Position numbers and translations under genes: made by a program
DNA from: a virus
Reading direction: 5' to 3' (one strand)
Virus record (IMG/VR): IMGVR_UViG_3300034283_002790
Coordinates: 64,001-128,000 of that record
Length of the DNA: 64,000 nucleotides
The notes under the pieces: generated by a model
Told to the model about the DNA's origin: nothing
The model's database searches: none
Seen by the model: only the letters and a program-made list of their open reading frames with translations
Shown: piece by piece, positions 58,057-64,000 of the stretch
Layout: every line of letters begins with the position of its first letter
How positions within the stretch are numbered: the first letter of the stretch is position 1

Positions 58057-58392
58057 CTAATAATCAAACTCAACTATTTTTACGTTTTCAACCGTATCAT
58101 TTGTTATGTTATTCCAAATCTCTCTAAAATTATCTTCGTCCGTTTCATTAATTTTGTAAATTCCAGGATAAAAAAATTCTTTGCTTACCGCTAACAGTTT
58201 GCCAAATTTTTTGGCAACAAGATCAACGTTATCATTGTCAATATTATAATATTTATTTTCGGTTTTTTTCAAACTATCTATTTTTTCTTTAATAATAGAT
58301 TGATCATCATTTTCTTGATCATCATTTTCTTTAATGATTCTTTTAACAATACGAGTTAAATCTCTTTCTGTTAGTCTTATAATTTTTTTCAT
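58057..58392 (-). CDS. leader-class A small protein
   Basis: MKKIIRLTERDLTRIV. Confidence 0.65.
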   Translation of the reverse strand: MKKIIRLTERDLTRIVKRIIKENDDQENDDQSIIKEKIDSLKKTENKYYNIDNDNVDLVAKKFGKLLAVSKEFFYPGIYKINETDEDNFREIWNNITNDTVENVKIVEFDY

Positions 58393-58442
58393 AATAAATT
58401 ATTTCAATTATAAATATATCAATAAAACAAAAAGTAAATGAA

Positions 58443-58838
58443 CTATAAAGAGGTGTATCCCCTTAAATTGTAAACCTCAGACAACCACTCTTTTATAAGT
58501 TCTTTAATGTCAGGATTGAAAAGACCAACGTCAAGTAAAGGTTTCCATATTTCTTCGTAATTAATGAAAACATAATCATATTTTCTCTCGTAAATCATCA
58601 AATTACGTTTTGGTTCATATCTATATAAAGTCCAATCAGGTTCTTCTTCACTTTGAACTTGCTCCAAGTCATCAAACAAATGTAAAAACTCCATTGGTGA
58701 ATTTATATCCATGATTTCAAAAAAGTTATCCTTTCCACCCACACTACTAAAAGCAATTTGAATGCCTTTTGATCTTATAAGTTGTTTTAATAAAACCTTA
58801 AGATTATTTTTCTGACTTTCTGTAATGAGGTATTTCAT
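58443..58838 (-). CDS. leader-class B hypothetical
   Basis: Start MKYLITESQ. Confidence 0.6.
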   Translation of the reverse strand: MKYLITESQKNNLKVLLKQLIRSKGIQIAFSSVGGKDNFFEIMDINSPMEFLHLFDDLEQVQSEEEPDWTLYRYEPKRNLMIYERKYDYVFINYEEIWKPLLDVGLFNPDIKELIKEWLSEVYNLRGYTSL

Positions 58839-58896
58839 ATAAATGATAAATATACTGGAAAACAAAAAACCCCCTAACTAAGAGGGGGGTTTTCAA

Positions 58897-59157
58897 TTAA
58901 ACTTCTTCAACATAAAATTCTGTCGAATCGTCAGTGATATCGTCATAATCAATATCAGTTTCTGAAAGTTCTTCACCAAGTGAAGAATAAACACCATCAC
59001 TGGTTGGTTTCATATCCCAGACATTGTTATCAATATAATCACTAATTTCATTTTCATTCATACCTTCCAATTCCGGATAATCTTCAGTGTTAATCACAAT
59101 AGACGATCTTGTTACGGTTGTTGTGAATGTTTCTTGGGCGTAGATTTTAATTTTCAT
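58897..59157 (-). CDS. small acidic hypothetical
   Basis: 86-aa ORF followed by a hairpin terminator. Confidence 0.6.
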   Translation of the reverse strand: MKIKIYAQETFTTTVTRSSIVINTEDYPELEGMNENEISDYIDNNVWDMKPTSDGVYSSLGEELSETDIDYDDITDDSTEFYVEEV

Positions 59158-59169
59158 TTTTTAAATTAT

Positions 59170-59625
59170 TTAAGGTTTAGACATAAATTCAAGTGCTGAT
59201 GATGATTTGCTCATATTAAATTCGTAATACTCGGTGGTACAATAGGACTCGTTGATTCTAATTTTTAATTTGGAACATTTTTTAAACCAATCAACGGTTT
59301 CAAATTCTTCGTTTAATAAATTGGGGGTAAAAAATACAATATCACTCGATTCAGATTTAATACCGGTACCACTTACTTTATAAACTTGTTCTCCAAGTTG
59401 AAAAACAAAATCATACGTAGGATTCTCATCACAATAATACCCCCCTTTAATATAAAATACAAGATTACCATCAACGTTTTCCATTTTTAGAAATGCTCCA
59501 GTTGGATTGTCCGTATAAGCAATCTTATATGGATCATCAAATCCATCGGTAATAGTTTTATAAACCCACTGACCATGTAGGTTTGAAATAAAGAATAAAG
59601 ATAAAAGTAAAATAATTGTTTTCAT
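59170..59625 (-). CDS. exported protein (signal peptide)
   Basis: MKTIILLLSLFFISNLHGQW. Confidence 0.65.
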   Translation of the reverse strand: MKTIILLLSLFFISNLHGQWVYKTITDGFDDPYKIAYTDNPTGAFLKMENVDGNLVFYIKGGYYCDENPTYDFVFQLGEQVYKVSGTGIKSESSDIVFFTPNLLNEEFETVDWFKKCSKLKIRINESYCTTEYYEFNMSKSSSALEFMSKP

Positions 59626-59678
59626 ATGTTTTTAATATTTTTATTAAAATATAAAACTAAATAAATTAATTGTCAAAT

Positions 59679-59707
59679 AAAAAACCCCACCTGTTGAAGA
59701 TGGGGTT
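59679..59707 (-). terminator. intrinsic terminator, near-identical to 53627-53655
   Basis: AAAACCCCACCTGTTGAAGATGGGGTT. Confidence 0.7.
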
Positions 59708-59726
59708 ATAATTAATATGAGTTTTA

Positions 59727-60074
59727 TTAGAATAGTTTTTCTTTTGTTAAAAACCTACATTCAATTGTTCCATTATCCAAATTTTTAAAAACCATTAACC
59801 CGTCCACATTTCTATCAAATCCTTTTTCATCTGCATTCAAATATATTGTTTGTCTTAAATGTTCTTGACCCGATTGTTTTATTCTGGCCACGACACTTAA
59901 TTGACCATAAAACATATCATTCTTATTTGGGGGTATTGTTCCAGGACTATATTCATATCCTTCTTTTTCCCACTGTTTCCACTTTTTTGGAGTGTCGTCA
60001 TCACCTTCAGTTAATAATGGTTTTACATTACCAAGAGTTGATTCTAATAATTGTTTAAATCTAAATTTATACAT
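59727..60074 (-). CDS. leader-class E hypothetical
   Basis: MYKFRFKQLLESTLGNVKPLLTE. Confidence 0.65.
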   Translation of the reverse strand: MYKFRFKQLLESTLGNVKPLLTEGDDDTPKKWKQWEKEGYEYSPGTIPPNKNDMFYGQLSVVARIKQSGQEHLRQTIYLNADEKGFDRNVDGLMVFKNLDNGTIECRFLTKEKLF

Positions 60075-60230
60075 AATATATTTCTTTAGTTATAAATACC
60101 TCCCATTTTCTAAAATTTTTCCCAAAATTTTTTTTTGAATATTGGGGTATATTAGAAATGGGGGGTCGTGTTTCCAGGGAAAATAAATTGATTTAATAAT
60201 TTTTAATTTCTACATTTGTCAATATATCTT

Positions 60231-60521
60231 ATGGGAAAAAAGAAAATAACAATTAAAGAAAAAAAGTGGATGGATAATACCCTTGTTAAATTAAAAGACA
60301 CAAAACACTTTAGGTTGAAAGACACGGTCGATCCAAACTCAAATTTTATAAATTTAAATGGGGGTTATTTTAATAAGGGGAAGTACAAAGGAATTGAAGT
60401 TAATAGATCCCCAGTTGAATATTTAAATTGGTTATTAAATAAAAGTATGATTGTTCTCAATAGGGGTGAGATTAAATTAATTAATAAATTAATCGAAAAT
60501 AAAAAACCCCTATCTTATTAG
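60231..60521 (+). CDS. small protein with exonuclease-X C-terminal/DUF3820-like motif
   Basis: FNKGKYKG...P.EYL.WL; TACATTTG promoter at 60211-60218. Confidence 0.5.
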   Translation: MGKKKITIKEKKWMDNTLVKLKDTKHFRLKDTVDPNSNFINLNGGYFNKGKYKGIEVNRSPVEYLNWLLNKSMIVLNRGEIKLINKLIENKKPLSY

Positions 60522-60567
60522 AAATGTGGGGTCGACGACCCCATTTATGAGTTGGGGGTTGTTATAG

Positions 60568-61047
60568 TTAAAAGATACGGGTTTTATTTAATTCACCCCT
60601 ACTTTTATTCTTATGATCTTCAATTAATAAAGGTTGGATATTTGTATAATGACATAATCTAATAAGGTCCTCAAAAGTTTGAATATTCTTCAGTGCAATT
60701 ACGTGGTCAACCTCCCACTTTTTTTGTTTTTTACTATAGTTTTCCCAAGTAATTCCACCATAAAACTTACTTTCCATGTATATTCTGAATCCATCTCGAT
60801 CAATTCCAAATATCTTGTCAAAGTTAATGGTTTTTTTTAATCCTTTTTTTTTACAGATCGAACGGATCCTTCTTTTTTGATATTCTATAATTCTTAGTAC
60901 TGGATCACGCATTCTTTTTTCTTCCTTTTTTCTATTTAAGCATTTTTTACACTTACTACCAGTTTTTGTTTTTTCTTTATTATCGAAATAAAATTCAGTT
61001 CGACATTTTATCTCATTACATACATTACATCTTTTTGTGTCACACAT
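60568..61047 (-). CDS. HNH endonuclease, paralog of 55538
   Basis: CNVC/CKKC; WEVDHVI...CHYTNIQPL. Confidence 0.75.
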   Translation of the reverse strand: MCDTKRCNVCNEIKCRTEFYFDNKEKTKTGSKCKKCLNRKKEEKRMRDPVLRIIEYQKRRIRSICKKKGLKKTINFDKIFGIDRDGFRIYMESKFYGGITWENYSKKQKKWEVDHVIALKNIQTFEDLIRLCHYTNIQPLLIEDHKNKSRGELNKTRIF

Positions 61048-61352
61048 GTTACTTAATATAATATTTAATATTTCGAATGTCAATTTTTTCCCAAAAATTT
61101 TTCCAGAAATTTTTTTGACCATATGTTACATTGGGGATTGAGGGGGGTTTTGACCCCCAATTTTGGTCTATATGGGGGGGATACGGGAGGGGACTCCCCC
61201 CAGGTAGGTAGATATAGGGGGATCCCCCCGGGGTAAAAGGGGGGTATATAAGAAAAAAACTTATAGGGTCCCCCCCGGTCACTATAAAACTTACTAACAC
61301 CCCCCTGGTATAAATTGTTAATAACTTTATATTAAAAAGGGGGGGGAAAATA

Positions 61353-61384
61353 TTTGTGGATGTCAAATATAGTTTGTACCTTTG
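61353..61384 (+). promoter_or_regulatory. Bacteroidota-type promoter with no downstream ORF
   Basis: TTTG 61353-61356, 20 nt, TACCTTTG 61377-61384. Confidence 0.7.
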
Positions 61385-61388
61385 TATT

Positions 61389-61483
61389 GTCGGTGATTAG
61401 ATTCGAGACGGGTTCGACCAACAGTGGGGGTCGCAGAGGGTAGACTCCCACGTGCGTGGTCGGGTGAGACCACTCCAACCTAC
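61389..61483 (+). ncRNA. candidate structured ncRNA of unknown family
   Basis: GC-rich island directly after a consensus promoter; three hairpins. Confidence 0.55.
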
Positions 61484-61522
61484 TTTATAAAAATATAAAT
61501 CAATGTCCCCCCAGGTTTAAAG

Positions 61523-62008
61523 TTATATTTCTGTTACTTTAACAATATGGTAATCATTATACTCAGTTTCTAAAATGTTTTCACGAAATAGATTAGAACT
61601 ATCAAATAGATCTAGTTCACCATTAGAAATGTACTCATATACTGATTGTCTAAGAACACTCTCAGTTAAAAAAGATTCAACTTCAGTTCGATAAATAACT
61701 TCTTGATTAACAACTTGATCTTCACTCATGAAAACATAATATGATTTCTTTTCAGGAATAACAATTTCACCTGTGTTCATAAATGACTGTAATAATTCAA
61801 ATAAAAACTCTCTATCTTCTCTACTCATTTTTTGTCCGGTCATGGATTCAACCATAGAGGTTATTTGTTGATCCTTATCGGACCCATATAAAAAATAGTA
61901 ATCGAAATTATCTTCTAAATCAGAAAACTCTATATTATTTACTAATTGATTTAAAATTACTTTTAAACCACTTTGTGACATATTTTGTAGATTTGTATCC
62001 CCCATCAT
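61523..62008 (-). CDS. acidic hypothetical protein
   Basis: 161 aa; TATTTAT upstream. Confidence 0.55.
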   Translation of the reverse strand: MMGDTNLQNMSQSGLKVILNQLVNNIEFSDLEDNFDYYFLYGSDKDQQITSMVESMTGQKMSREDREFLFELLQSFMNTGEIVIPEKKSYYVFMSEDQVVNQEVIYRTEVESFLTESVLRQSVYEYISNGELDLFDSSNLFRENILETEYNDYHIVKVTEI

Positions 62009-62244
62009 TAATTTTTAATTTATAAATATTTGTTTATTATATTTAAATTTACTATTTTTAAAATTAAAGAAAAGTTGTTATGTTAATATTTAAGTTGTTA
62101 CTGATCTTTATGTTCATCTATTTTCTATATAACTCTTACACCAGAGATGGGGAGGTTGAATGTAGAGAGATTAATTTTGAAAAGGATTTATTATCCATTA
62201 TTATAATGATCATATTGTTTTACCTCGCTGGATGTATTTAAGTT

Positions 62245-62421
62245 ATGATTGAGAAACTATCTGATATATTTGAAATAATTGTTTTTTGTGTGATCTCTTT
62301 TACTCTATTTTTAATTGGGGCTATGATGTGGTGTGTGTCCTATATAAGAAAAGATCCTGAGTCTAGATTATCTAAGTTTATTAAAAAACACATTCTTACA
62401 GATCAAGATCTTGAGTTATAA
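62245..62421 (+). CDS. small membrane protein, 58 aa; not in ORF track
   Basis: MIEKLSDIFEIIVFCVISFTLFLIGAMMWC... Confidence 0.4.
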   Translation: MIEKLSDIFEIIVFCVISFTLFLIGAMMWCVSYIRKDPESRLSKFIKKHILTDQDLEL

Positions 62422-62758
62422 CTTTTAAGTTATGATCTCGAAGTGTCATCTCCACTTTTGTCATATCATCTTTTGAGATCCCCCCATTTAAATTAAGGTA
62501 TTCTATTATATCCCCCATCTCACTTTGGGTTAGAATTAAAACTTCTTGTCTTAACCGGTTAGAAACTCTTACCTGGTTGTACTCACACCACCCACTTAAT
62601 GGTCCGTTTGTATAAGTAAGTGTTATGGTACTCCCACTTTTTGTTACAGAAGTTGTGAATTTGTCTATTAAATCAATCATTTTTTTATTATAAAGATATG
62701 ATTTTTTCATTTTTTCTGTAGAGTTGGGGGACACGTTAAACACGACACAATCCCCCAC
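62396..62758 (-). CDS. hypothetical protein (true start probably downstream)
   Basis: 120-aa ORF. Confidence 0.5.
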   Translation of the reverse strand: MGDCVVFNVSPNSTEKMKKSYLYNKKMIDLIDKFTTSVTKSGSTITLTYTNGPLSGWCEYNQVRVSNRLRQEVLILTQSEMGDIIEYLNLNGGISKDDMTKVEMTLRDHNLKVITQDLDL

Positions 62759-62771
62759 CTAAAATTAGATC

Positions 62772-63202
62772 CCACTTTAATGATCCCACTTTTTACCACT
62801 TTTGACGTTTATAATAGTGTAAGAGTTAATTTTTCCCCCCTGGTGATAGTAATATGACCACTTTTTTACTACATACGTTTTCCAGCGAAAACTATACAGT
62901 TATGGTACAAACTCGGGGGACAGTCCTTTAGGACGTTAGAATCCCCATTTTAGATCCATTTAGTAGACAACTTAATGACTTACTTAGTAACTTCTTCAAC
63001 TCATTTTTGACTAAAAAATGACATTTCATGAACACTTTTTTTAATGGTGGTAAAAAGTGGGGATTATGTTTTATATCATTCTAGTCAGGTTAAACCTGAC
63101 AATACGGATATACTTTAATTCCCCCACCACTAACCACCCCAAAATATAATACCATATTGTTTATGGTTTACCAGTCTTTTGACTTTGTAATAAACCACTT
63201 TT
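62772..63202. repeat. dispersed CCACTTTT motif cluster in a non-coding stretch
   Basis: Exact copies at 62786, 62796, 62858, 63195, inverted at 63053, near-copy at 62772. Confidence 0.6.
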
Positions 63203-63382
63203 ACCATTATACCATAACTGTGTTCTTAATTTGTCATCTACTAACCGGGGGGAATTGTTTTTTAAAGGGGGGGATTACATTTCTTTAAAGTATATGTGGT
63301 AAATTGGGGGACATATTCTGAATAGATATGTAAACAAAAAAAGACCCCAGTGGAGTCTTTCTATTTAGATAAATTACTTTAA

Positions 63383-64000
63383 TTATTTTCTAATAAAAAA
63401 GAGTTCATCATCTCTTCTAACCTTCTTAAGATTTGTTAAATAATCATTTTCACTATCTCTGTAACCCAAAGGTAAAACAACCGCTGATCTTAAACCATTA
63501 TCCTGTAAATTTAAAATTCTATCTACTTCACTGGAATTAAAACCTTCCATAGGTGTACAGTCAATTCCTTCATATGCTGCCATTGACAGAGCAAAACCTA
63601 AACCGATGTATGCTTGTTTTTGAGCCCAGGTAATCTTTTGTTCATTGTTCATAGAAGATATTGTACCTTTAATCATGTTTGAAAACTCATTTAATGATTC
63701 TACCGGTATTTCTCTTTGACTTGCAACCTCATTCATGTAAGTATCCACAGAACTATCTGTAATGTCATCCCAGGTAGCAAATACAAGAACACAAGAAGAA
63801 TCTACCAACTGAGTTTGACCATAACATGCTCCTTGTAGTTGTTCTTTAAGTGATTGATCTTCGACAACAATAACATGGTAAGGTGTAAGTCCATAAGAAC
63901 TTGGTGCCAGTTTGGTTGCTTTTAGAATTGTATCTAATTTATCCTGAGGGATTTTTTCCCCATTCATTTTCTTTGTGGCGTATCTCCACTCTAACGCATT
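63383..64000 (-). CDS. nitroreductase-family flavoprotein (NfsB-like), 5' end outside window
   Basis: LEWRYATKKM read to the edge; LAPSSYGL.P, Q.Q...S, D.TPMEGF, LGYR, K.R. Confidence 0.9.
   Translation of the reverse strand, partial: NALEWRYATKKMNGEKIPQDKLDTILKATKLAPSSYGLTPYHVIVVEDQSLKEQLQGACYGQTQLVDSSCVLVFATWDDITDSSVDTYMNEVASQREIPVESLNEFSNMIKGTISSMNNEQKITWAQKQAYIGLGFALSMAAYEGIDCTPMEGFNSSEVDRILNLQDNGLRSAVVLPLGYRDSENDYLTNLKKVRRDDELFFIRK

Noticed and set aside
61049-61366. 105-aa Pro/Gly-rich ORF
   Set aside because: Arises from G/C homopolymer runs; no promoter context or plausible protein.
61389-61415. tmRNA, from a weak TGATT..GATTCGA..CGGG resemblance to tmRNA 5' ends
   Set aside because: Too short, no tag ORF, no T-arm/CCA acceptor end.
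1-64000. Stop-codon recoding as in some jumbo phages
   Set aside because: Recognisable genes (guaC, FKBP, tnpB) are full length in the standard code, and TAG ends plausible ORFs.
1-64000. Reverse-transcriptase systems (DGR, retron) explaining the paralog diversity
   Set aside because: No YxDD reverse transcriptase and no template/variable repeat pair seen.

Overview
AT-rich (about 28-30% GC by eye), mostly minus-strand accessory/late-gene region of what is most likely a large (jumbo) dsDNA phage of Bacteroidota. The phage call is inferred, because no terminase, capsid, portal or polymerase gene lies in the window. Support: holins, many peptidoglycan enzymes, HNH nucleases, two tRNA genes, Bacteroidota-type TTTG-N20-TAnnTTTG promoters and T9SS sorting-domain proteins. 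Best candidate for a new system: a catalytically intact IS605-type TnpB (54195-55442, no tnpA) with its own promoter. It is followed after 110 nt, on the same strand, by a CRISPR array of 36-nt type VI-B (Cas13b)-like repeats with 30-nt spacers, then a terminator. No cas1, cas2 or cas13 is present. Second major pattern: about 40 ORFs share a few N-terminal leader peptides ending in I/L-x-E and an upstream TATTTAT motif. They resemble capsid-targeted internal proteins and carry varied cargo (PG peptidases, L,D-transpeptidase, SGNH, zincins, an OspF/LanKC-like phosphothreonine lyase fold). Also present: a tRNA-Leu-like gene with a D-loop insertion, a promoter-driven GC-rich ncRNA candidate, G/C-run palindromes and CCACTTTT iterons at 61-63 kb, a glycosyltransferase cluster, and host-like genes (guaC, FKBP, DoxX, nitroreductase). 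All family calls are from motif recognition; no searches were run.
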